A stretch of DNA of 64,000 nucleotides from Rhynchobatus australiae (GCA_034780895.1 JAUZTB010000057.1:21114443-21178442); one strand, 5' to 3'. Positions 37,707 through 50,611 are shown, counted from the first letter of the stretch. The notes: a model not told the origin generated them from the sequence alone. A program made the numbers and translations.

Positions 37707-40048
37707 GTAAGAAGCAGAGTTGAGTCTATAAAAGTATCAAGCATGTAAGATTCTATTTTAAAAGGAATGTGTACAATAGTGATATAATGTATTGATTAAA
37801 TCTCCTGAGCATTTGTAGAATGCAGCTTTCTGCATCTGTTTTGCATGTTTACAGTTGCTAACTGGTGTTATAAATATCAGGGGATGCAATTTTGTGTACT
37901 ACGGATCTTGAAGAGCTACAGTATTTCTGTACTCATTGGAAGTGGGCCTAATGAAATCGGTGATTCTCAATTAACTTGACATGAAGTTATGTTGCTGTTA
38001 TGAAATTACATCCAGCTTGTACTGAAAACCTGAGTTCACCAACTCTCCAGCCAAGAAAGAGCAGTGGGATCCATCTGAAAATTAGTCCATCTGATGGTAA
38101 AATAACACATCGCAACTGATGGAATGCCTGGAAACTACCTAAGACTGAACCAGACAGTTTTTAGCCCTGGGGAATTTTGGACCACATCCCTGGCATCACC
38201 ATGACTGCCTAACATTTCCCAACCCTCTGGACTGAATACTCTGAGCTGGCCAACCTGGCCGCTTCATGACTCTCACCAATCCACTTCAACCAATGTCCCT
38301 GTGCCCCTTTGACTGACATTGCTCAGGTACCTCCGTGACTTTATCCATCCCTTTCTGGAACCTCCTCCAGCCCTTGGAGCCACAGATTTTCCTCCAATTC
38401 AGGCTTTTTGATCCACCCCAACTTTAAGCACACAATCAATGGCGACCTTGCCTTTAATTGTTAAGGCCCTAACTCTGGAATTCCTCGATGAACCCCTCCA
38501 CCTCTCTTCTTTTAAGATGCTCCTCAAAATCAATCCCTTTGTATTATGGTGATATTTGTGGCTGTAGAGCTTTTTTTACTGTTGAAGTTGGTTTTTATCG
38601 CTCCTAATCAGACCCCACCACCAGTTTTATCAACCACCTGTGATATGTTATGGATGTCACAGCCTGCAGTGTGTCATATGTGGGTCTAGATCGTGAGCTT
38701 CAGGAAGCTCTTCAGTCTGAGTCATAGGGCTGCAGATTGTTTATACAAATTCCTGGAGTCTTCATCAAATGATCTCTCATCAGCAAACCTGCCTTTCCAT
38801 CTCCCCCATTCGTTTATCTGCCTGCCCTCGTGATGTAGTCTTCCCAAACCGGCTTTTCAGCCTTCAGCAGATTTTTCATATCTGGAATGTTTCTTTACAA
38901 CCAACAGACAGAAATATTTGAAGAAACAGTCTTCCCAGCCCTGGAAATCGACCTTGGGTNNNNNNNNNNNNNNNNNNNNNNNNNNNNNNNNNNNNNNNNN
39001 NNNNNNNNNNNNNNNNNNNNNNNNNNNNNNNNNNNNNNNNNNNNNNNNNNNNNNNNNNNNNNNNNNNNNNNNNNNNNNNNNNNNNNNNNNNNNNNNNNNN
39101 NNNNNNNNNNNNNNNNNNNNNNNNNNNNNNNNNNNNNNNNNNNNNNNNNNNNNNNNNNNNNNNNNNNNNNNNNNNNNNNNNNNNNNNNNNNNNNNNNNNN
39201 NNNNNNNNNNNNNNNNNNNNNNNNNNNNNNNNNNNNNNNNNNNNNNNNNNNNNNNNNNNNNNNNNNNNNNNNNNNNNNNNNNNNNNNNNNNNNNNNNNNN
39301 NNNNNNNNNNNNNNNNNNNNNNNNNNNNNNNNNNNNNNNNNNNNNNNNNNNNNNNNNNNNNNNNNNNNNNNNNNNNNNNNNNNNNNNNNNNNNNNGCTTG
39401 GTTTTTCTACTGGGAGCTGATTTGTTAAATGTAAACTGCATTAGCAGTATTTAGAAATAATCTAGTTTTATAACTTTTTTCTTTTAGATGTAACATTTAT
39501 TTGTTCCCAATTAATATGTGAAAGCACATTGGTATCATACTTTTGCTGAATTCTTTATTTCTGCGTTGAACCAAATTGAATATCCTTGCTCATTTACATT
39601 TGTCATGATATTACACATTGGTACTTTCCATTTGATAGATTGGTCATGTGAAATTTTTATCTAAGTGTCATTTATTAAAAGATAAATGTTTGCAATACAA
39701 TATACAATGGTATAAGTTTGTGCTTTTGCTGTGTTAAATTGCCTTTAGTTTGGTTTTGAACTTTCAATTACCTTGAACCCTCAGCTGGTTCTCTACTTTA
39801 ATATGTATAACTAGTATATTAAGAGAGGCATTTGAGTTTGTGTTTGAACTTTTAAAAAGTATGAAATGTATTAGTTCAAAGCCCAGTGCAAATTGTGCAC
39901 TAGCTGTGTTTGTTATCAGTATTAGTCCAGAATGAATTTATAACTGAGACCACTAAATATACAGAAAAAATGGGAAATAAAGAATCTCAGATGGTTTTGG
40001 TGAATCATGATGTTGGAATTGAGTTTTTAATATTTTTGTGTGTTTTAG

Positions 40049-40147
40049 AGGGCTGAAGCTGCTCAGAGGGAAGTGGAGAGTCTTCGGGAACAGTCTGTAA
40101 ATTGCTCCATTCATCTGGCCTGTCGTTCTCCACGGATTGGTGGAGTG
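40049..40147 (+). CDS. CUX2: CUX2 exon (~exon 10)
   Basis: tgttttag|agg...gtg|gtaagg; 99 nt; reads RAEAAQREVESLREQSVNCSIHLACRSPRIGGV. Confidence 0.93.
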
Positions 40148-40379
40148 GTAAGGAATTATGAGTGAAGGAGGATTATTGGTGTGCCAACCTGGTGAATAGC
40201 AGCCTGCATGAATTCAGAGCACACAAAAGTGCTGCCTGACTTATCAACTTGAGGAAATAATTTTTAAAAAAAGCACAAAGTATCTTGAGGCAGAACGGAT
40301 AATTAAACTCAACGCAGTGGAGACTCAGGGTAAATACAGAATGAAAGCAACTTTTAACTCACTGAAAGAGACAGGTACT

Positions 40380-40720
40380 TGTTAGAATGTCAGGTGAGGT
40401 CATGAGTGGTTGGAGTAGGTGTACTCCAGAGCTCAGCTTGGGGCCAATTATTTTTGTAGTATCCATCGAAAGTTTAGATTTAGAAAATGCGATCCAAATC
40501 AAAGTGAGTGAAGAATCTATACACAGATGGCTGAGGAAGGTGAAAGTAAAACAAAACATGAATGGGTAACTGCAGATTGAATGTATTGAGGACAAGTGTA
40601 TAGTACTGCACGCAAGAATTAAAAGGGGTGAGGATTACAGCATACACAACAAGTCAACCTGCTGCAGAAAGTCTTCAAACTCTACAAGCAGGTAAATGGC
40701 AGATTTAGAGCTAAAGATGT
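40380..40720 (+). mobile_element. Decayed CR1 reverse transcriptase fragment
   Basis: gagtaggtgtactccagagctcagcttggggccaattattttt resembles the [12 protein letters not shown] motif; gacaagtgtatagtactgcac resembles KC.VLH. Confidence 0.5.
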
Positions 40721-41995
40721 AAAGTTCGGTTGTTGAGAATGGTCAATGCATGAAATAAATGTAGGGAATCAGCAGTAAAAGATGGAAATCCAGGAATCGT
40801 TTAAGAAACAATTAGATGCCAAAATGAGGGGCAACTGTAGGAAGCATGGATAAAATCGATTGACCTTGGTCATGTTGTTTCGGGCATAATCTTGTGGTCC
40901 AATACTGTTCTTCCATATCATCTGTTTGATGATAGATGTCAGTAGCTGGAACATGTTATCTGATATCTGTTTTTAGTTAAGTAATGTGATTTGAAACACA
41001 ATAGTAGCTTTTTCTTTAGTTGGTCTTTGAACTTTCCATGTGCTTAAGGACCTACAGCTGGTGTTCTACCTCGTATCATTGCCTTTTGTGGTGCTTGCAA
41101 GATGTTGTTCTAAAATTAAATGCTTGGTATTTTTGGACATTTTAGCCCTTTGTATCGGCACCATTGCTTTTTCAAAACATTTCCAGATTAATAAAAAACT
41201 GGCATGATCCAACTCCTCTTCTAAAAAGCAAATGCACGCAGTAGTGGCCAAGCACTTGATTGTCACAGATCCACAAAGAAATTTTAATTAGTGGCCTGTN
41301 NNNNNNNNNNNNNNNNNNNNNNNNNNNNNNNNNNNNNNNNNNNNNNNNNNNNNNNNNNNNNNNNNNNNNNNNNNNNNNNNNNNNNNNNNNNNNNNNNNNN
41401 NNNNNNNNNNNNNNNNNNNNNNNNNNNNNNNNNNNNNNNNNNNNNNNNNNNNNNNNNNNNNNNNNNNNCTAGTAACATGTTATAATTCCAGTTGGCATAG
41501 CCCTGATAACTAAAATGATTTTATTTCCAGTAAAACCACCAAAAAGTCATGCTTGCAACAATAGACTATCCTTGGGATCAATGACTGCATTTCATTCACA
41601 TCAAAGCAGCCAGTGGAATGAATGCCAAAACTGGCTTTCAATAAAGAAAGCCTTTTTCTCTGGTGCTGAATTACCTAACACAATACATGTCTGTTTGCTT
41701 TAATGATTAAATGCCTTGACTGGTGTCTCTAAACTTAACCCTGACATTCAATAAACCCACTACATTGTTTCTTTATTAATTTCACTTGTTTAAATAACAA
41801 CATTTTTCTATAAACTTGTGCATTATTAAAACAAGGCAATTATTCACCTTCACAGTAGTGAAATTAAACCTTGAAAAGCAAAGTTAGTTTAAGTTTGGAT
41901 CTGTAATTATTCCACAGTTTTCCAATGAATTCTGAAGAAGACCTTGCATAAGGTGCTGGAAAACAACGTAAAGGATTCTTTCCTTTCCTATCCAG

Positions 41996-42187
41996 GATCA
42001 AACAAATGTTTTGATGTGCACTGGTTCGAGACTGGAGGCTGCATTGGTTGCTAAAGACAGAGAGATTATCCGCCTGCTGAAAGAGATTCAACACCTGCAG
42101 ACTGCGTTCCATGATCTCCAGGAGAGTTCAGCAAATCAGATTGCAGAGTTGGAGCAGCAGCTAGCACTGAAAACTGAAGCTGTGGAG
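41996..42187 (+). CDS. CUX2: CUX2 exon (~exon 11)
   Basis: cctatccag|gat...gag|gtgatt; 192 nt; reads DQTNVLMCTGSRLEAALVAKDREIIRLLKEIQHLQ...ANQIAELEQQLALKTEAVE (coiled coil). Confidence 0.94.
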
Positions 42188-42659
42188 GTGATTGAGGAGT
42201 GGCAACCTTCATATATTCTGACACAGTTTTGCAACGTAAATGAAGTTCTTAATGGCTGGAAAATATCTGTTCTGGTGAACAGCATCACTTGCTGCTGTGA
42301 ATGATTCAGCTGATATTTTTGGTTTAAATGATTATCACCAATGTACTGTCAGGACATGCAAGTAGTTGTTAAATGTGATGGACCACTTCCTTTTAGTTCC
42401 CTCAGTGCCATTATACTGTCTCATTTGAGTCCATGAAACATACTTTGCAGTTTTTATTGTTTGTATTTTTAATACTTGAATTAATTACAAGAAAAACTTA
42501 ATCTCATGTGGTTTAATCTCGTGAGCAATTGGGATGGACTTGCTTGGCTTTCAGTCTCACATCACTGGAGGGCAAGGAGGAATATTGTGAAATTGTAGTT
42601 TTTGCTGTAAAATTGCTGCTCCTATTAAACCTATCAAAACATGGAAGTGTTTGCGATTG

Positions 42660-43300
42660 GAGACACAAGAAATTCTGCAGATGCTAGAATTTGGAGCAAT
42701 ACACAATAAGTGCTGGCGGAACTCAGCAGGTCGGGCAGCATCAATGGAGGGAAATAAACTGTCGATGTTTCAGGCCGAGACCCTTCACCAGGACTGGAAA
42801 GTAAGAGGGCAGAAGCCAGAATAAGGGTTGAGGGACATACACAGGCAGGGGATAGGCGAGTCCAGGTGAAATGGGAACGGTCGGTAGGTGGGTGGGGGCG
42901 GGGGAGAAGATGTAATAAGCTGAGAGGTGATAGGTAGAAGAGGCAAAGGGTTGAAGAAGAAGGAATCCAGTAGGAGAGGGCATTGGACCATGGAATAAAG
43001 GATAGAGGAGGGGAGGGGAGGAGATGGGCAGGTCATCAAGGCAGGGAAAGGGAGCCACAGGAATAAGGGAAGACAAAGGTGTGGGGAGGGGGTGAAAAAG
43101 AAGGGGTGGGGTTACCGGAAGTTGGAGAAATTAATGTTGAGGCCATCAGGTTGGAGACTCATGGATAGACATGTCAGTATGGGAATGGGATGTGGAATTG
43201 AAGTGGGTGGCCACCGGGAGGTCCTTGCTGTTGTGGCGGACGGAGCAAAGGTGCTAGGTGAAGCAGTCCCCCGATCTGCGTTGGGTCTCACCAATGTATG
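42660..43300 (-). mobile_element. Penelope-like element 3' end (GIY-YIG endonuclease C-terminus plus terminal repeat)
   Basis: Minus strand 43296-43112 reads IGETQRRSGDCF*HLCSVRHNSKDLPVATHFNSTSHSHTDMSIH//SLQPDGLNINFSNFR*, matching the PLE GIY-YIG C-terminus. A hammerhead-like motif lies downstream at 42759-42796. Confidence 0.88.
42759..42796 (-). ncRNA. Minimal type I hammerhead-ribozyme-like motif (mutated core)
   Basis: Reverse complement reads cagtc CUGGUGA AGGGUC-UC-GGCCU GAAAC AUC gacag: stem I, core, stem II, GAAA and NUH are present, but A6 is changed to G. Confidence 0.6.
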
Positions 43301-44209
43301 ATCATTTGTGGTAGAAATAAACCAACGTAGTAGATAGCTAGTAAGGTGGCATAGCACTGTGTCATGGGCTCATCCAGACATGGAGCACACTCTTGTAAGA
43401 GATGCTGAGAACAGACCTACTACTTCTGGGAAAGAAACCATGAAGGGCATAAAGTCAGTATAATGGAGTTCAGTACAAGACATGGATGACCTTTGTGAAA
43501 AGGGTTGATTGGTTGCATGCTGAGAGGCTATTTCCTCAGACTAGAAAGTCTGGAAGTGGTGACACATAGTTGCAGGGCAAGGACCTGGCCAGTTAGGACA
43601 TTTCTCAAAAGTTTATGAACCTTTGGAACTCTTCTCTTCCTAGAAGGCTTGTGGATGCTCTGATGTGAAGTATTTTCAAAACTAAGATTAATTTGGGTTT
43701 GTGTTGAGGCAACAAAGGAAATAGGCAAGAAAATGGAATTGCTGGGGGGCAAGGAGAGGGGGAGTATGAGTTAGTGGAAGGATGCATGTCGTTGGTGGGA
43801 TTTGCTGTCATTTCACTTTGCAGTTTGGCCAAGGGCAAGGAAGCTTAAAAACTTAATTATTTTTCTCCTCTTCTAAACCAAGGTGTCATGATTTCACAGA
43901 ATGGGAGGGAAGGCTCAGTGTCTTGTATTTATTATTTTTTCCACCCATCCACTCACCCACCCACTAACCTGCGACTCACTGAAGGGCTTAGAAAATGTTC
44001 TTTTCCCATTTCTATCGATATCATTTTTATATCCCTTTTTCTTATGTCTTGTTCAGTTGATAGTTGTAGTCAAGAGGTCACTTTACCATATTGGCCTTTC
44101 TTCCCACATTGACGCCTTTTCTTTCCTTAAACTTACAGATGTTTGCAATGTGTGTTGAATGTTAACTACTGTATAACTTGCTAACTGCTAATTCTCTCCC
44201 TTTCTTCAG

Positions 44210-44268
44210 AAGTTAGAAAAGAAATTGTGTGCACAATTAGACCACGAAGAACATAAAACCGAATCAAG
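44210..44268 (+). CDS. CUX2: CUX2 exon (~exon 12)
   Basis: tttcttcag|aag...caag|gtaagt; 59 nt; KLEKKLCAQLDHEEHKTES resembles KLEEKLQAQSDYEEIKTEL. Confidence 0.92.
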
Positions 44269-45014
44269 GTAAGTGTGTTAACATCTGTATGGTGTCCACA
44301 AAAAAACAAGAACTAAAACTGTTAAGGTTTCAAATGTCCCAAGAGAATAATATTCCATAACCTGGCCTCTAATTCAGAATGTGTGCTGTGCATTTCTCCT
44401 GAACTTTCTTCATTCCTCTCTTGTCCTTCAGTTTTATGCTATATCTCACAGCTTTCCTGACCTTTTGGATTGTGGTGGTTCAGTTTGCAAATGTTTCATT
44501 TTACTCAGCCTCTTTTGCATGCTATTACCCTGGAATNNNNNNNNNNNNNNNNNNNNNNNNNNNNNNNNNNNNNNNNNNNNNNNNNNNNNNNNNNNNNNNN
44601 NNNNNNNNNNNNNNNNNNNNNNNNNNNNNNNNNNNNNNNNNNNNNNNNNNNNNNNNNNNNNNNNNNNNNNNNNNNNNNNNNNNNNNNNNNNNNNNNNNNN
44701 NNNNNNNNNNNNNNNNNNNNNNNNNNNNNNNNNNNNNNNNNNNNNNNNNNNNNNNNNNNNNNNNNNNNNNNNNNNNTTAAAATTGGGTGAAGCGGCAGCT
44801 TTTCTGGTTGGACCAATGAACAGAAATGAAGTGAGTACCAGCTTCCTGCTGAGAGGCTGGAGGCCACCTCATTGTCCCATACATATTAAATAAGCAAACA
44901 TGCCTGATGTGACTTCTTACTGGCTTTTATCATTGCTGAGGTAACTCAGTATCTTGCAACTGGTTGTTGATATAAGTTACTATTATGTTGTGAATCCAAT
45001 TTAGTTAATAGAGG

Positions 45015-45110
45015 CAAAACCAGAAAATACCAAAAATACTCAGCAGGTCAGGTAGCATCCATGAAGAGAGAAAGAGAGTCAACGTTTTAGGTCAATGACC
45101 CTTCATCAGC
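45015..45110 (-). repeat. PLE terminal-repeat fragment with hammerhead-like motif
   Basis: Reverse complement of 45077-45109 reads CUGAUGA AGGGUC-AUU-GACCU AAAAC GUU gac (G12 changed to A). Confidence 0.65.
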
Positions 45111-45766
45111 ATTTGCAGCTTTTTGTTGCATTTGTTTAACAAAGGAGCCATTTTCCTGCTGATAGTAAATGACAAAGTTTAACTTAACACTAAAATCAAC
45201 TTGAACTGAATCATTATACCATTGGGGTTAGATAACTGGAGAAAGACTGCAGATTCTTAAGTATAGATAAACCCAATATTCTCTTCAATTTGATTTTATT
45301 TGATCCTTGTAGTTTGTGCCAATCCAATAGTCTAGAAGGTTTGGATTGGCTGGATACATTACTACAGACACCACCTGCCTTCCTGTGACTTCTGTGAACC
45401 TTGATAATAACTGTTAACCTACTCAGGGTAACGGTTAATAATCAGCAATGGCATGCTGTCTGTTGATGGATCCTCATCCTCCTAAAGGACACTGGTCCTG
45501 AAATCCAAATAGATGATGCTGTCGTCTCAAGCTTAAGCTTCTAAATTACCAACATCACTGCTAACCGTCGTGAAATAGGTTACGGAACTCGTTTGCAATA
45601 AGTTACAGATATTTGTAATGGTAAATTAATGTTGCTCATCCAATATTTAGTTTTGAACTTTGAGATGCTGCTTGAGAAAAGCTAAAAATGACCGTAAAAT
45701 TAATTGCAAAAGGTGTAGGCTCAGAACTGCAAGGACCTTGAACTTCATTGTATATTCTCTTTACAG

Positions 45767-45815
45767 TGTTTTCAAATCTGTGAACCCAGTATCTGCTGAT
45801 GGCTGGACATCCCAG
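45767..45815 (+). CDS. CUX2: CUX2 exon (~exon 13)
   Basis: ctctttacag|t...cccag|gtaact; 49 nt, phase 2-0; reads (S)VFKSVNPVSADGWTSQ. Confidence 0.85.
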
Positions 45816-46045
45816 GTAACTATTCTCTTTTCTTATGGTTTATATCCTTCTGCTTCATTAAACATAGCTTCAATATTAATGTTGAATCACATGTCACCAT
45901 TTCACGATAATTAGCCACTCAGTAAGAGGTGCCAGAATGCATTTCCCAAAGGAACTTTGTAATGGCATTCCATTGAAATCATCTAAGCTCATTTGATGTG
46001 CAGAGTGATGACCAGATTGAAGAATAATTATTTCCTGCTGCCCAG

Positions 46046-46148
46046 GATAGGAAAAAAGATAACAAGGATTATCTGCCAGAGAAAGAGATGACCCTTCCAC
46101 CCGAGAAGAGATGTTTACAAGAGAAACCAAATGCATATGCAGAGATGG
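46046..46148 (+). CDS. CUX2: CUX2 exon (~exon 14)
   Basis: cctgctgcccag|gat...atgg|gtaaga; 103 nt, phase 0-1. DRKKDNKDYLPEKEMTLPPEKRCLQEKPNAYAEM aligns with [33 protein letters not shown] (shared KE, P, K, LxEKP). Confidence 0.82.
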
Positions 46149-47659
46149 GTAAGATTGCAGTTCTGTTCTCCAGTCTAATCTGTTCCATGTCAAATCGGAT
46201 AAGCATGCACAGAAATCCAAACGTACTAAATATTTTGCTCTTCTCCTGAATCAAGTGGGACTAGGACAAGGTGGGATATTTTATTTCTTATTCCAGATAT
46301 AATTATCAAGGAACCCTCTCCACCGCTAAACATTTGGATACATTGAGATAATGAGTCATACAGCATAGAAATGGGTCCTTTGGCCCACTATTGATCAGCA
46401 AGCACCTATTTATGCTAATCCAATTATATTCTCTCCACACTGCCTTCAACTCTTCCTATCTTTTACCACACATCTGCATATGCAGGGTAAATTAGAGGAG
46501 CCAATTAATATACCAGTTGTTTGGGTGGTTTTGAATGATGAGGAATGTTAGTCAGGACAAGGCCAACTCCTTAACTTTTTGATGCTCACATGGACATCTG
46601 TGCCACCAGAGGTATAACACTTGTGAAGGTGCAGTACTCCCTCATTAGCACTCTAGGTCTTGGATTTTGCACCAAATTAGATGTAAGAGTTAAAACAAAA
46701 TTTGTTTCAATATATTCAGTCATTATTTTACCTAAACTGTGTGGGCTACCAGAATGCTTTATGCCTGTCAAAGTGGGCTTCCAGTGTGAAATATTACATT
46801 AAAAATGTTAATATTAAACCTGTAATGTTGCTCTGTTTAAAGTGAAATGTTATACATTCCTGATTGAAGGACTCGTATTTTAGTTGATGGAAGTTGCATT
46901 TTGAGGTAGGAATTAAGAATATTATGGGAGAAGCCAAATGTGCTTAACAACTCCAATAAAAAAAGATGAGAACTTGATATGGGTGTGTAAAACATCATGC
47001 AGCAAGGAACAGTGGTTGCTCTAACACTTTAGAGTCTATAGCTGATGTCAATAGGGCAAAAGGGTAACTAGCTGCTCCAGTTACACTGGCTATAGCTGTA
47101 TAAGGTAAGATTCTGACAAGTGCGCTTATAATGTGAAAATTTGGAGTTTTATGATGTGCATATCTTCCCCTATTCTGTCTGACCTTTTTTCCACAATCTA
47201 GGCCTTCCACTATTTTCTTTGTTTCGGCATTATTTTGTTTCTGCTGAACTTCATTGTTTTATTTCCATGTTAAAATGCTTTCCATCACCTGCCCCTCAAG
47301 ATCAATCCATAAAACTTTCAGACAAATATTGAGTAACATCATGTGATTTTCATCTAGAATGAGAACCCCTTTTCGATATTGTCAAGTGAAAGAACATCTA
47401 AACACTGTGGAGTGAGGGACTCTATGAACTAAACATACAAACATATCGACACGCAAATGTACAAACATGTAAATGCATGAATCAGCAGCAGGAGGAGTGG
47501 GTTGCTTGGTCCCTCAAACCTGCTCCACCATTTGACAAGATTATGGCTAATCTGATTGCAACTTTAACTCTGCGTTTTCTGCATCAAAAGTTCACTGCCT
47601 TTCTTATCAATTATCTATCTATCTCAACCTGAAGAATGACTGANNNNNNNNNNNNNNNN

Positions 47660-48365
47660 NAAGCATTGCAAGAAGTTAGGCTTTAAATTCAATTACCTTG
47701 GAAAAGCTAATAAATAGGAATTGTTTCTAGTACTTGAAACTCAAAAAGATACAGCAGGTAAGAAGGAAAACGAATGAAATTTTGGGTTTATTAGCTATGG
47801 AGTATAAAAGTGGAGAAGTCTTGATGCAAATTTACATGGCCTAGTGAGACTGCACCTGTAGTACTGTGTGTAGTTTTGGTTTTTGTATTTAATGAAAGAT
47901 GTACTGGCATTGGAGGCTGTGCAGAAAGGGTTCACTGAGGGGTTAATTCATGGGATGAAGGGGTTGATGTATGTAGGGAGGTTGAGCAGGTTAGCCTGTA
48001 TTTATTGGACTACTGAAGAAAGAGAGAATCTTATGGAAACGCAAGCTTTTGAGGTGGATTGAAAGGGTGAATACTGAGAGACCATGTTCCCTGGTGGGCT
48101 ATTCCAGAAATAGGAGCAAGGGGTCATCTGTTTAAGATGGAGATGAGGAGGACTTTCTGAGGGTTGTGAATGTCTGAAATTCTCTACCCCAAAAAGCTGT
48201 GGAGGGAGAGCTATTGAATATATTCAGGGCAAAAACCGACAGACACCTACAGCACAAGGGTGTTGGGAGGTATGTGGAAAGTGGTGCTGAGGCCAGGATT
48301 GGATCAGCCTTGATCTTATTGAATGATGGGACAGTGGTTTGAGGGGCCGAATGGCCTACTCCTGT
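47660..48365 (+). mobile_element. Decayed CR1 LINE 3' fragment
   Basis: LVRLHL.YCV.FW, LEAVQKGFT remnants and a ggggccgaatggcctactcctg tail. Confidence 0.8.
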
Positions 48366-49689
48366 TTATGATGTTATTTCCCATTTTTTTCATTGTTGAT
48401 ATTGGGCAATTGCTTCATCCTCTGAAGTGGCAATTGCCCATTTTTAATATTGTTTGTAACATTAATATTTTCAGCCAGTATATTTAACAATCTTTCTGCA
48501 CAACAGGCATTTGCAGTATATCAGTTCTAGGGGAAAGTCTTTTTAAATCAAAATAATCTACAAATGTAAAATAAATCAAAACCTAATTAATATAACATGT
48601 AATTCATTATTTCTAACAGCATGATTAATGTACAGAAACAGCTGTTGAGTGTATCCAGCATCGAACACTCCCATTTAAACACATTAACCAGTTGGTTATT
48701 TTTCGAGAGAGACATTTATGCAGTGGGAGTTTTACCATGAGCCATAAAGAAAATAAACAAATTAAGATAGTGAGGTTTAAAAGTACAACAGTAATAACTT
48801 CCTTTCTAGGCTGATTATTTTTCAAGTCTGACTTGTGTAGCAAGTAACTTGGCAGAGAGAAAGAGTAGTGTGTGTCCATGGCGGTAGATGTATGCTAGTT
48901 TGGAATACAATTAATGTTTCAATGATGTGAAGGAATTTTTGATGTAATGGCATTCCTCTGGGAAGTTGCTTAATCATTTACATCCCGAACTATGTTTCTT
49001 CTTTTGTTGGTCTTTTGTCTTTCCCCTCCACTCAAAAAGCAAAGGATACTTTAAAATGCTGGTGATAGAAGACCACTTAGATTCACAAAATTGGCCATCT
49101 AAAGTTTCACATAAATATGATATGAAGATTTTATATTTTGAAATTAGATTAAGTTCTGCTTCCACCACATTCCTGGCAAGCTTCATAAAGACTGGAATTG
49201 TGCTTGGGTTTGTAATGAAAGTAAATTTCTGCTGAGGTCTTTGTCTTTATTCTCCATATTGAGCTTTGAAAATAGCTGTTCTCACATTGGTACTGGAATA
49301 TTTGAAAACATTTTGGAAGCTAAGTTGTTAAAGAAACTGTTTGTTGTGCAACTGGAAATACCTAAATAAATTTGCATTGATTAACATATTAATCAGTGTT
49401 CATTTTAGTTCAATTTGCAGTTATTTTGATGATCCGTGGATCAAATTTCATAGGTGCACTCTTCTGTGCTATTTATTGCAGGGTAGGCAGTACCTTACGG
49501 TCATGCTGTCTGCTCTTGCAGCTGATTTCTGCCTGCAGCCAACACTTAGCCACATTTTCATATGTGAGCATATTGTTGGGAGAGCCAATATGATGAGAGT
49601 CTCTTGCTGCTTAAAGGCACCCCTGGATCTCATAGATGAGAGATGCCTCTTGGTTCCAAAAAGTGTTGGGAGTTGTTTTTAAAACTGAA

Positions 49690-50250
49690 TCATGGCTGAG
49701 ATTCTTTGAGCAGTTGCTAAATGCTCAAGAGAGCGAGAAACGAGGATTGCAAGTGCACTGGGAGTTTTGATGGACCCAGTGAACAGCAGAGATGCCCTCT
49801 ACCTGTGGGGGCACAGATTGCCTTCTGATCTTGTGTCTGGAGGGCATCAATTCAAAAGCAATTGTCCAACAAATGTGGGTACAGTGCCAGAAGCAATATA
49901 AAAGTTGTCAAGGTTAGTAACTGCTACCTTAAATGTCTTATTCTATAACCCGCACGAGTAGCCTCAACCATTGCTTGATTTACGATTGCTAACTTCAGTC
50001 ACTTAACCAGTAATCATCATTACCCAGCTCTATATACTGATGTTACTTCAACCTTCTGCATGCAGCACAATTGCAAACCTCAAACCCCAGCTATAACAGC
50101 CGTCTCACACACAGCGATCATTGATACTGTCCCTTTTCCTTGCAGGAGATAATGGTGCATCACAGTAGGCTGCACAAGAATTGGAGGCAATTCTTAACCA
50201 CTATCCCACTGGGGCATCGCCGAGGCTTTGGCCACAGGCTGCAGTTGACA
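49690..50250 (+). mobile_element. PIF/Harbinger Myb/SANT-like gene relic with residual intron
   Basis: Frameshifted remnants ERETRIASALGVLMDPVNSRDALY, INSKAIVQQMWVQCQKQY, then a donor (caag|gttagt, 49913) and acceptor (ccttgcag|gag, 50145) followed by EIMVHHS..RIGG. Resembles the recalled R.PRFSD.ALE.L...V..RRD.LY / VN..S...RTW.QCRKK / K.AHN...RTGGG pattern. Confidence 0.55.
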
Positions 50251-50611
50251 TTTAAGAATCTGTGGGTCTAAACTTCCTGCCTTCTTGCTTGTGCCCTGGT
50301 CTCTTGGTGAGGGGGTTCCAGTTTGTCTAAGGATGCTCTTGTTCCTCTCCTCTCAGCACAACCGAGCCCTCATCACTTTTTCACATCAGATATCCAAGAT
50401 CTGGAAGCTGTCCAGAAGAGGAGAGAGAAGATGCTGAGCCACCAGTTAGATTACTGACGTATATGTGAGAGGTTGCTAGAGGGGAGCCATTCTCACATGG
50501 TGGCATGAGAACAAGACCCAGGACAAGGAAGAAGATAACACAAGTGCCAGCTCACTGAAAGTTGCACATTCCTCCTGAGGACTTTGAAATCAGGCAACAG
50601 AGAAGGTTGAA

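Noticed and set aside
42188-42304. Read-through of exon 11 past a weak GTGATT donor
   Set aside because: CUX2 homology ends exactly at the donor and the phase matches exon 12; the extension has no coding signal.
48403-48440. Small hairpin tgggcaattgcttca...tgaagtggcaattgccca (similar ones at ~7880 and ~7995)
   Set aside because: Short isolated inverted repeats with no family or functional context.
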